Source: Stegostoma tigrinum (Eukaryota). Taken from it: a DNA stretch of 64,000 nucleotides. A model generated the notes under the pieces. It was not told the DNA's origin. It searched no databases and saw only the letters and a program-made list of their open reading frames with translations. This document shows, in pieces, positions 12,818 to 22,884 of the stretch; the first letter of the stretch is position 1; each line of letters starts with the position of its first letter. Position numbers and translations under genes: made by a program. The stretch lies in contig NC_081365.1 of the NCBI RefSeq assembly GCF_030684315.1, forward strand, positions 17,112,001-17,176,000, written 5' to 3'.

Positions 12818-14237
12818 TGTGGGCAGTGACCGCAGTACCCTCCCCAAGTCCAAGGTCCAGCCCCTCCATCTGTCCCTTCATGCCCATTGCCCGGGCTAAC
12901 TGCTGGACGCGCTTCGGGCTCAGGAAACCATCCGTGCTGCCTTCCGGGTGGCATCCCCCCGTCAGGGGTGCGGAGGCAGGAGGATCCGGCTCCGGGTCAG
13001 GCTGGGGACGTGCTGTTTCCTCCTTCCCGCCTGGAAGTTCCGGGGGGCCCTCCAGTGCTCCAGCGGCACTTGACTGGGTGTCGGAGTGAGCCTCAGGACG
13101 CCTCCCGTCACCTGGAAGCGGGGTGCTGCTTTCCTTCCCCCTCGAGACCTTTAACTTCTGCTTCGGGTGGGCCCTCTCCAAATCCCCCTCGTCAGATGAG
13201 CTCTTATAGCCCCCCTGTAGCTGCCTCTTCCCGCCTGATTGTTGCGGTTCCTGGGCCCATCGACGCACCTTCCTCCTCGCTTTCCGGACTGTTGTCCACT
13301 CCCCTGGGTCGTCTGTCGCCGCCTCCATTGGCTCCGGGTTGTCGGGGGGGATCGGAGCCTGCAGGGGTGCTTTGCTGGCCTCGGGCCCATCCTGCATGGC
13401 CTGGCCCTCCTGCACATTAGTGGGGTCCTTGCTGGGCCCTGGTGCCTTCCTCTCCTCCGGGGGGGCTGGCCCCGCATTGCCCCTGCCGGCGACCTGGGCG
13501 TAGGTAGTACCCCGCCACGGGCATGCCCTATAGAAGTGGCCCGCTTCCCCGCAAAGGTTGCAGCTTCTCTCTCGTGGGCAATCCTTTGCAAGGTGTCCCT
13601 CCTCCCTGCAGTTCCTGCAGATGGTGGCTTTGCAGTCGGCCGCCATGTGACCTGACCTACCACAGGCATGGCAGACTTTAGGTTGCCCTGCATAGGTCAG
13701 GTAGCCCCTGCTCCTGCCGATCGCGAAGCTGGACGGTGGGTGTGCGACATTCCCGTCTGCGCCCATCCTCAGCATCACCTTGACCTGCCTCTTACTCGTC
13801 CAGATGCCAAAGGGGTCCACGATGTCAGTTAGGTCCCCTTCCACCTTCACATACCTTCCGAGGAAGGTCAGGACATCAACTCCTGGCACATGCGGGTTGT
13901 ACATGTGTACAGTCACCATACGGCTCCTCTGTGCTGGCATCACGAACAGCGGGACAGCGGTCAATACAGAGAGGGGGCCCTCACCTCCTTTCTCCTTGAA
14001 AACCTCCAGGAAGCGCTCGCAAAGCTTGGCACTCCGGAAGGTCACATTGTAAAAACCTCCTCCGGGGAAATCCTGCAGGCAGTAAATGTCCGCAGAAGCA
14101 AACCCACAACAGTCCAACAGGACCCTCTTCACGAAGAAGGTGCGGTCCACAGGTGCACCTTCATCCACCTTCTTTACAGAAACACGGATGGTGTTCCGGA
14201 CCCCCTGACCTGGGGCACGAGCACTTGCCGCAGCCAT
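12792..14237 (-). CDS. Tx1 ORF1, gag-like nucleic-acid-binding protein with three CCHC zinc knuckles (481 aa, intact)
   Basis: ATG at 14237 (MAAASARA); CHACGRSGHMAADC, CRNCREEGHLAKDC, CNLCGEAGHFYRAC; low-complexity C-terminus. Confidence 0.9.
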   Translation of the reverse strand: MAAASARAPGQGVRNTIRVSVKKVDEGAPVDRTFFVKRVLLDCCGFASADIYCLQDFPGGGFYNVTFRSAKLCERFLEVFKEKGGEGPLSVLTAVPLFVMPAQRSRMVTVHMYNPHVPGVDVLTFLGRYVKVEGDLTDIVDPFGIWTSKRQVKVMLRMGADGNVAHPPSSFAIGRSRGYLTYAGQPKVCHACGRSGHMAADCKATICRNCREEGHLAKDCPRERSCNLCGEAGHFYRACPWRGTTYAQVAGRGNAGPAPPEERKAPGPSKDPTNVQEGQAMQDGPEASKAPLQAPIPPDNPEPMEAATDDPGEWTTVRKARRKVRRWAQEPQQSGGKRQLQGGYKSSSDEGDLERAHPKQKLKVSRGKESSTPLPGDGRRPEAHSDTQSSAAGALEGPPELPGGKEETARPQPDPEPDPPASAPLTGGCHPEGSTDGFLSPKRVQQLARAMGMKGQMEGLDLGLGEGTAVTAHNGGMNCEH

Positions 14238-14434
14238 CGTTGCAGGTTGGCTGCTCCCCTGAACCAGCGTTAGGCCGAAGCCAGCATTAAGATCCACTGG
14301 TCGCAAGGGTGCACAGCCAACCCGACGTCCTCCTTTCACCTCCAAGACAGCACTCTCCTCCTCTCGGTCCACAAGAGAGTGGGTCTTTATTGTGTTCGAG
14401 ATGTAAGCTAGTTCACTGAGCTTGCCGGTTCGTT

Positions 14435-14476
14435 CCCAAACGTTTCGTCACCATTCTAGGTAACGTCATCAGTGAG
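14435..14476 (-). ncRNA. Minimal hammerhead ribozyme motif at the Penelope/Tx1 5' junction
   Basis: CUCA-CUGAUGA-C-GUUACC-uagaau-GGUGAC-GAAAC-GUU-UGGG; activity untested. Confidence 0.75.
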
Positions 14477-16705
14477 CCTCTGACGAAGCGCTGGTGTTAT
14501 GTCCCACTTTCTGTTTATCTGGTTAGGTTTCCTTGGGCTGGTGATGTCATTTCCTGCATTGGTGATGTCATTTCCAGTTCATTTTCTCAGGGGATGGTAG
14601 ATTGGCTCCAAATCAATGTGTTTGTTGATGGAGTTCCGGTTGGAATGCCATACTTCTAGGAATTCTCGTGCATGTCCCTGTTTGGCTTGTCCTAGGATGG
14701 ATGTGTTGTCCCAATCAAAGTGGTGTCCTTCCTCATCTGTATGTAAGGATACGAGTGATAGTGGGTCATGTTGTTTTGTGGCTAGTTGATGTTCATGTAT
14801 CCTGGTGGCTAGCTTTCTGCCTGTTTGTCCAATGTAGTGTTTGTCACAGTTCTTGCAAGGTATTTTGTAAATGATGTTCGTTTTGCTTGTTGTCTGTATA
14901 GGGTCTTTTAAGTTCATTAGCTGCTATTTTAGTGTGTTGGTGGGTTTGTGGGCTACCCTGATCCGAGGTCCGAGTAGTCTGGCAGTCATTTCGGAAATGT
15001 CTTTGATGTAGGGGAGAGTGGTTATGGTTTCTGAGCCCGTTTTGTCTGTTTGTTTGGGTTTATTGCTGAGGAATCGGCGGACTGTGTTCATTGGGTACCC
15101 ATTCTTTTTGGATACGCTGTATAGGTGATTTTCCTGTGCTCTGTGTAGTTCCTCTGTGCTGCAGTGTGTGGTGGCTCGTTGGAATAATGTTCTAATGCAG
15201 CTTCGTTTGTGGGTGTTGGGATGGTTGCTCCTGTAGTTCAGTATTTGGTCCGTATGTGTTGTTTTCCTGTAGACGCTGGTTTGAAGTTCCCCATTGGCTG
15301 TTCGCTCTAGTGATAGTGGGTCATGTCTAGCTCTACTAGAAACGTCTGAAAACGAACCTTCCACCTCAGCGAGCAAACTCACATCCAGAAATTCAAGCTT
15401 CTAGCTGTGACAGAGAGAGGGGAAAAATAGCTTTTACTTCTTCAAAACTCCATCAGCTTCTACTGAACCTAAAAGCTAAAAACAAACTAGACACCCTGGT
15501 CTGTCACAGGCCAACCATCCAGGAAGCTGCTTTGTTCCAACTTTTTAAAAAATCCCAAGGTTTCACAGCCTGTTTATGTTACCACAGACAGCTCGTTACC
15601 TCTCTTTCAATCTTGCTCTTCAAAGAAACCAGGACAAAATACACCTCTTAAAGCCATGGCATCATCACACCAGTGAGGATAAATTGAGTAGAATAGACTC
15701 ATATTTTCAGCGTATTAGAGGGATGAGAGGCCATTCCATTGAAACATGTACAATTCCTAGAGAGCTTAACAGATATGGAGAGGTTGTTCCCCATTGCTCA
15801 AGAGTCTAGATGTAAAGGTCAGGATAAGGGATACCCATGTAGCACTGAGATAATGACACATTTCTTCACTCAGTGGGTTGTGAATCTTCAGAATTCTTTG
15901 CCCCAGAAATCTGTGGATGTCCAATAGCTGAATATATTTAAGATTGGGATAAAAGCTATTTTCAGCAACCAAGGTATAGAGAGAGTAGCTTACCAATGTA
16001 ACAGTTCAACTCTGATCTTGCTGAATGCTAGCGCAGACTCAAGGAGTCAAGTTTCCTGCTCTCTCTCTGACTTCTGATGATCTGCGCTGGGAACCCTCAC
16101 CTGAAGTTGCAATTGACAGGGATATTCATGGCCAGCTTGACTAAGAGATTCTCAATTTGATGGAAGCATTTGATGCTCCTTGTCAACACCACTCACTTGG
16201 AAAAGAAGCCCTTAAACAATCTGAATTTTAGATGTTTTATTTATTAACAGGGCTTTGACATCACTAGAATGGATATAATTTATTGCTGATAGTTACACTG
16301 GGAAAATTGGGGTGAATCTTCAATACCTCTGTAATTACATGCAACCCACATTTTATGTCCCCCAGGTGCCTGTGTAGCCCCTCTCCCAGCAACCTTCACT
16401 CGGTTGCAGAGCTTTCAATTCTCGTGGTCCCACCTTCTAGAATATTCTCTTTCCGTCTCTTCACGTTGCCAAATTTTACTCATTAAACCAGCACATTTCA
16501 TGTTCCATTTCACACTTCTCTACCATTCAATCCATTTCTTTTCAATGAAATGCCATGGAATATTTCATTACAGCGGACAGGAGATTGTGATAATGGTGAA
16601 AATAATTATGATGATAAAATGAGCTTCATGCAGACCACAGTGATATAATTGATCTCATGACTCTGACATTAGTAAGAGAGGTGTCCAGTCTAGAATGCGC
16701 ATTTC

Positions 16706-16997
16706 ATAGAATCATAGAAACCCTGTGGAAAGAGGCCCCTCGGCCCAACAAGTCCACGCCGACCCTAAGAGCATCCCACCAAGACCCACCACCCTATAAC
16801 CCACTTAATCTACACACCCCTGAGCACTACCGGTAACTTAGCATGGCCAATCCACCTAGCCTGCACATCTTTGGACTGCAGGAGGAAACCGGAGCACCCA
16901 CACAGACACGGGGAGAACTTGCAAACTCCACACAGACAGTTGCCTGAGGATGGAATCGAACCCAGGCCCCTGGCGCTGTGAGGCAGCATGCTAACCG
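16706..16997 (-). mobile_element. HE1-like V-SINE
   Basis: Homologous to 4826-5158. Confidence 0.85.
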
Positions 16998-17146
16998 AAG
17001 ACAGTTCTTAGACATGACACTAGAAACTAACATTTTATAACTTACTGTGTACAGAAATGAATAAAGAAGTATGACAGCATATATGCAGTTGAAGAGGTTT
17101 ATTTAGTGATGACGAGCACGAAGCCTCAGGGACAAGACAGAACAAT

Positions 17147-17484
17147 GTCTCAGTAGGTAGCACTGCTGCCTCACAACACCAGTGACCCAGGTTTGATTCC
17201 TCCCCTGGGTGACTGTCTGTGTGGAGTTTGCACATTCTCCCCATGTCAGCGTGGGTTTCCTCCGGGTGCTCCAGTTTCCTCCCACAGTCCAAAGATGTGC
17301 TGGTGGATTGGCCATGCTAAATTACCCACGGCATGCAGGTTAGGCGGATTAGCTATGGGAAATGCTCAGTTACAGTGATAGGGGTGGGTGGGGGGTGGTC
17401 TGGGTGAGATGCTCTTCAGAGGATCAGTGTGGACTTAATGGGCCCAAATGGCCTGCTTCCACACTGTAGGATTCTAAGACTCTA
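17147..17484 (+). mobile_element. HE1-like V-SINE
   Basis: Homologous to 4826-5158; opposite orientation to the copy 150 bp upstream. Confidence 0.85.
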
Positions 17485-18074
17485 TAACAGGTATGTGCAG
17501 ACATCCACAGCCAGTAATACTCCAGAACAGTAACTCAATTTGCAGGTAGCAGTACTGGCTTAAAGCTCAATATGACACACCAACTACACACATCAGCTTT
17601 TGCATTGACAATTGACTTTAGCAGCAGGGGTTCCAATTAAGATGCAGGGATAAGTGGTGTTGCAAGTGGCATATGTTTCCAACAGTGAGTTAAAATGGCA
17701 CCAACATGAAGACCAAGAGGGATGTTGGTCACAATGATAAGCTGATACAAATAGGAGATCGCTGGGAAGAGATTGGCAAGCTAAACAAACATTCAATACT
17801 TTATACTTAAGTGGGTAATTAGCTGATTGAAATTGTGTAAAGGAAAAGACAATGGGTGCATTGTGACAGGTCAATTTGAGGTCAGTCTGACTGCGAATAT
17901 CTTCTGCAAGAAATTTATTAATATTACTATTTTAGTTTTTTTTAATGGGGCCACTGATACCCGCAATAATTATTAGATGTAGCATTTTTATGTTTACTTG
18001 GAAAATATATTCTCCAACAATTTGAATTCACAGATTTCAAGAAAAATGAGAAGTCACTGTTTCATTTATTTTCT

Positions 18075-19450
18075 TTTTATTCATGGGGTTTGAGCATCTC
18101 TGGCTAAGCCAACATGTACAGACCTAAACTGTTCCTGAGAAGATGCTGAGCACTGTAGCCCAGGAGATGTAGGTACACTCAACAGTGCTGTTCCAGGGTT
18201 TTGACACAGTGACAGTGAAGCAACAAAGACATAATTGCAGGCCAGGGTGGTGAATAGCTTGGAAGAGAGCTCACCCGGTGTAATTTTCCCATGCACCTGC
18301 AAACCTTGTCATTTTAAATCACTTTGGAAGGCGCGATCCAAGGAAACAAGGACAAGTTGCATGTTGTGGCTGTTGCTGCTGTTGCAGGGCCATCAGTGTT
18401 GGAGAGGTGGAAGTTTGAAGGCAGTGGATGGGGTACTAATCAAGCAGGCTGATTTTTCCTGAATAGTATTGAGTATTGTATCACACTCCTGATGAGCACC
18501 TTATAAATGGTGGACCCAACCATCTTCAGTTGCCTCATCAACGGTCTTCCCTCCCTCATAAGGTCAGAAATGGGGATGTTCACCGATGCTTGCACAATGC
18601 ACAGCACCATTTGTGACTCTTCAAATACTGAAGCAGTCCATGTTCACATGCAACAGGATCTGGACAATGTCCAGGCTTGGGCTGATAAGTAACAAGTGAC
18701 ATTCATGCCACACAAATGCCAAGCTATGACCATCACCAATAAGAGACAATCTAACCATTGTCCCTTGACATTCAATGGTGTTATCATCACTGAATCCCTC
18801 ACTATCAACATCCTTGGGGGTTACCATTGACCAGAAGGTCAACTGGACTCACCACACTAGCACAGTGGCTACAAGAACAGGCCAGAATACCGTAGCAAAT
18901 AACTCAACTTCTGACTCCTCAAAGCCTGTCCCTTATCTACAAGGTACAAGTCAGAAATATGTTGGAAAACACCCCACTTGCCTGGATGAGAGTAGCCCCA
19001 ACAACATTCCAGAAGCTCGACACCATCCAGGACAAAGCAGCCCGCTTGACTGGCAACACATCTACAAGCATTCACTCCCTCCACCACCGATGCTCAGTAG
19101 TAGCAGTGTGTACTAACTACAAGATGCACTGCCGAAATTCACCAAATATCCTCAGACAACTCCTTGCAAACCCACGATAAGGACATGAGCATCAGACATT
19201 TGGAAATACCACCACCTCCAAGTTCACTTCCAAGTCACTCACTCCATCCTGACTTGGAAATATATCACTGTTCCTTCATTGTCGCTAGGTCAAAATCCTG
19301 GAATTCCCTCCCTCAGAGCATTGTGGGTCAACTCACAGCAGGTGGGCTGCAGCAGTTCAAAAATCAGCTCACCACCACCTTCTCAAGGGCAACTAGGGAC
19401 AGACAAGAAATAGTGGCCCAGCTAGCAACGCCTACATCCCACAAATGAAT
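18075..19450. mobile_element. Old CR1-group LINE fragments in inverted arrangement (about 18075-18500 minus, 18505-19450 plus)
   Basis: Degenerate RT (GPTIFSC.IN.LP..MFTD..QQDLDNVQAWADK); both outer ends are the same 3' terminus shared with the second SINE family. Confidence 0.7.
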
Positions 19451-19532
19451 AGGGAAAAAAGATACCTACAGGCCAGGGTTTAAGGAAATGCACTGGTATT
19501 GATTTTTTGCACTGCACGAATGCCAGGCAATG

Positions 19533-20280
19533 ACATAGAAACATAGAAAATAAGAGCAGGAGGAGGCCATTCAGCCCTTCGTGCCTGCATTGCCATTCAT
19601 CACTATCATGGCTGACCATCCAACCTAATCGACTGATCCTGCTTCCTCCCCATAACTTTTGATCCCATTCGCTCCAAGTGCTATATCAAGTCGTCTCTTG
19701 AATACATTCAATGTTTTGGCAACAACTACTTCCTGTGGTAATGAATTCCACAGGCTCACCACACTTTGGGTGAAGAAATGTCTTCTCATCTCCATCCTAA
19801 GTAGCCTACCCAAAATCCTCAGACTGTAACCCCTGGTTTTGGGCACATCCACCATTGGGAATATCATCCCTGTAACTATGCTGTCTAGTCCTGTTAGAAA
19901 TTTATAAGACTCTATGAGATCCCCCTTCATTTGTCTGAACTCCAGCAAAAACAATCCCAACCTAGTCAATCTCTCCTCATATATCAATCCCACCAGCCCC
20001 GAAATCAGCCTGGTAAACCTCCGCAGCACTCCCTCAAGAGCAACAGTATCCTTCCTCAGAAAAGACCAAAACTGCACACAATATTCTCGGTGCGGCCTCA
20101 TCAATGCCCTGTATGACTGCAACGACACATGCCTGCTCCTATACTCGAAACCTCTCACAATGAAGGCCAACATACCATTTGCCTTCATTACCGCCTGCTG
20201 CACCTGCATGCTTACCTTCATGGACTGGTACACAAGGACTCCCAGGTTCCATTGCACACTCCCCTCTCCCAATTTACAGT
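19533..20280 (-). mobile_element. CR1 3' fragment
   Basis: ORF2 C-terminus (RPHREYCVQFWS..FFTQSVVSLWNSLPQ) and tail. Confidence 0.88.
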
Positions 20281-21525
20281 CCAGTACAAGGTATGGTGGA
20301 AGCAGTCCAGGACAGAGCATGGTGGAAGCTGTCCAGTACAGAGCATGGTGGAAGCAGTCCAGTACTGAGCATGGTGAAAGGAGTCCAGAACAGAGCATGG
20401 TGAAAGGAGTCCAGCACAGAGCATGGTGAAAGCAGTCAAATACAGAGCATGGTGAAAGCAGTCCAGAACAGAGCATAGTGAAAGCAGTCCAGAACAGAGC
20501 ACGGTGGAAGCAGTTCAGTACTGAGCATGGTGAAAGGAGTCCAGAACAGAGCATGGTGAAAGGAGTCCAGCACAGAGCATGGTGAAAGCAGTCCAGTGCA
20601 GAGCATGGTGGAAGCAGTCCAGTACAGAGTATGGTGGAAGCAGTCCAGTACAGAGCATGGTGGAAGCTGTCCAGTACAGAGCATGGTGGAAGCAGTCCAT
20701 TACAGAGCATGGTGGAAGCAGTCCAGTACTGAGCATGGTGAAAGGAGTCCAGAACAGAGCATGGTGAAAGCAGTCCAGTGCAGAGCATGGTGGAAGCAGT
20801 CCAGTACAGAGCATGTGGAAGCAGTCCAGTACAGAGTATGGTGAAAGCAGTCCAGTACAGAGCATGGTGGAAGCAGTCCAGTACAGAGCATGGTGGAAGC
20901 AGTCCAGTACAGAGCACGGTGAAAGCAGTCCAGTACAGAGCATGTCAAGCAGCATCTCAGGAGCACAAAAGCTGACGTTTCGGGCCTAGACCCTTCATCA
21001 CAGAGACTCTCTCTGATGAAGGGTCAAGGCCCGTAATGTCAGCTATTGTTCTCCTGAGATGCTGCTTGGCCTGCTGTGTTCATCCAGCTTCACACTTTGT
21101 TATCTTGGATTCTCCAGCATCTGCAGTTCCCATTATCTCCAGTACAGTGCATGGTGGAAGCAGTCCAGTACAGAGTATGGTGGAAGCAGTCCAGTACAGA
21201 GCATGGTGGATGCAGTCCAGGACAGAGCCTGGTGGAAGCAGTCCAGAACAGAGCATGGTGGATGCAGTCCAGAACAGAGCATGATGGAAGCAGTCCAGTG
21301 CAGAGCATGGTGAAAGCAGTCCAGTGCAGAGCATGGTGAAAGCTGTCCAGTACAGAGCATGGTGAAAGCAGTCCAATATCTAGTATGTTAGAAGCAGTCC
21401 TGTACAGAACATGGTGGAAGCAGTCCAGTACAGAGTATGGTGGATGCAGTCCAGTACAGAGCATGATGGAAGCAGTCCAGTGCAGAGCATGGTGGAAGCA
21501 GTCCAGTGCAGAGCATGGTGGAAGC
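20281..21525. repeat. 26-bp minisatellite (CCAGTACAGAGCATGGTGGAAGCAGT)n, about 40 units, interrupted at 20945-21138
   Basis: Direct 26-nt periodicity with variant units (GGAAGC/GAAAGC/GAAAGG). Confidence 0.97.
20945..21138. mobile_element. Penelope-A hairpin fragment inside the minisatellite
   Basis: Inverted arms around 21005; same terminus ...cagttcccattatct. Confidence 0.88.
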
Positions 21526-22101
21526 CAGTGGTTAGTACACAACTAGGCCCCCGGTGCGAGTCTGCTGTGGAGAACCCTTAGAGAGAGACTGTGATGTTTG
21601 TCTTTTTAACTTGCTTCTTGTTTTTCTAACCTATGGTTATACTATGTGTAACCGTAATGTAACTTCTGTTCTTGCTACTGCTATTTTGTAACTAAGATGG
21701 TGCCCTGTTTTGATGATGTTTTTACTGTAACTAATCTTGTAACTGAAGAAGTTGTACTTTTGTACCTAAGATGTAAGTGGCAATTTATAAACTTTTTATT
21801 GAGCCAATTCAATTCAATGTAATCTTGGCTGGTAAAAAGAAGTTAACAGATGTGCTAGTCTAATTGACCTTGTCTTTCTTTCCTGCTACCATCATGTATC
21901 TGTGCACATGCGATCTAATGCCCCTCTGCTCCTCTAAATCTCTTGAGATCTTACTCCTTGTAGGGTTTCAGTTAGCTGTACCCTACCCCTACGCCTCAAA
22001 AGGCGAATGGTTTGGCCTTGGCCAAAGTTAGTAAAAGATAATTACTTAAAGTTCATGATCTTGGATACAGTTACCCATTTGCATTGCATGATGTGATATA
22101 A

Positions 22102-22242
22102 NNNNNNNNNNNNNNNNNNNNNNNNNNNNNNNNNNNNNNNNNNNNNNNNNNNNNNNNNNNNNNNNNNNNNNNNNNNNNNNNNNNNNNNNNNNNNNNNNNN
22201 NNNNNNNNNNNNNNNNNNNNNNNNNNNNNNNNNNNNNNNNNN
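22102..22242. other. Assembly gap (141 N)
   Basis: Run of n. Confidence 1.
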
Positions 22243-22884
22243 GGGTTGTAAATTGTACAGAAAATAAACAGATCATTTATCCTGCAGTGTACATTGAAAC
22301 TCTTTGAACGAGCTATCCAATTTAGTACCAGCTTTGACGTCTTGAAATGCATATTCTATTGCCTTTTGACAAATAGTGGGAATCTATCAGGAAGTGTGAG
22401 GGAATTTCCCTACATCTCCCCTCTTGTTCTTTTGCCAAATAATAACCGGCCTTCTCAGAGGAATTATTTTCTTCCTGATTGCTCTATCAAACTCCCTCTA
22501 AGATTGAAAACCTCTGTCAAGTTTCCACTTAACTTTCCATGCTCCAGCAACGCTGTCACAATCTCTCCAAATATCTGAAGTCACTTATCATTGATATCAA
22601 CCTGTTAAACCTCCTGAATACATCTCCAGAGCCTTGCCATCCACTGAATGAGATGCCAGAACAGCGCATAATGCTGCAGCTGAGGCCTGAGATTTACAGA
22701 AATTTAGCTCGACTTCTTTGGTTTTGCATTCAATTCTTGATTACGAAACCAAGTATCCCCTACACTTTCATAACTGCTTCATAACCAACACATTCAAGGA
22801 TTTGTGAATCAGTCACTCTGGACTAATGTTCTACCTGAAAATAATGTCATTAGGATAAACATGGCCACTCTACATCTGTTCTCA

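Larger units (their letters stand above)
9128..14439 (-). mobile_element. Full-length Tx1-clade (L1 group) non-LTR retrotransposon, about 5.3 kb
   Basis: ORF1 + ORF2, A-rich tail at 9128, 13-bp TSD acgtttcgtcacc (9115-9127, 14440-14452), GC-rich relative to flanks. Confidence 0.95.
9040..15386 (-). mobile_element. Penelope-like element family B (9040-9127 + 14453-15386), host of the Tx1 insertion
   Basis: 11-bp TSD agaaattcaag (9029-9039, 15387-15397); GIY-YIG endonuclease NIIYKIPCKNCDKHYIGQTGRKLATRIHEH; RT thumb VYRKTTHT; short inverted terminal copy at 15339-15386. Confidence 0.92.
8721..15669 (-). mobile_element. Probable solo LTR (8721-9039 + 15398-15669) split by a Penelope insertion
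   Basis: Degenerate start tcttatggacc (expected TG), end catcaca, imperfect 4-bp flanks ccta/ccag, minus-strand AATAAA. It interrupts an old CR1 3' fragment that reads gggatgcccta|tgaggataaattgagtag. Confidence 0.55.

Noticed and set aside
9339-14273. Many plus-strand and alternate-frame ORFs over the Tx1
   Set aside because: Shadow ORFs of GC-rich coding sequence with no recognisable motifs.
9069-14452. 59-bp target-site duplication of the Tx1
   Set aside because: Only 13 bp are identical. The adjacent 46 bp differ at 14 positions, which is incompatible with the youth of the insertion.
20281-21525. CRISPR-like array
   Set aside because: Contiguous tandem units with no unique spacers, no cas genes and a vertebrate context.
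19625-21542. Long Cys/His-rich ORFs (up to 430 aa) resembling a repeat protein
   Set aside because: Translations of the 26-bp minisatellite in rotating frames, fused to a CR1 fragment.
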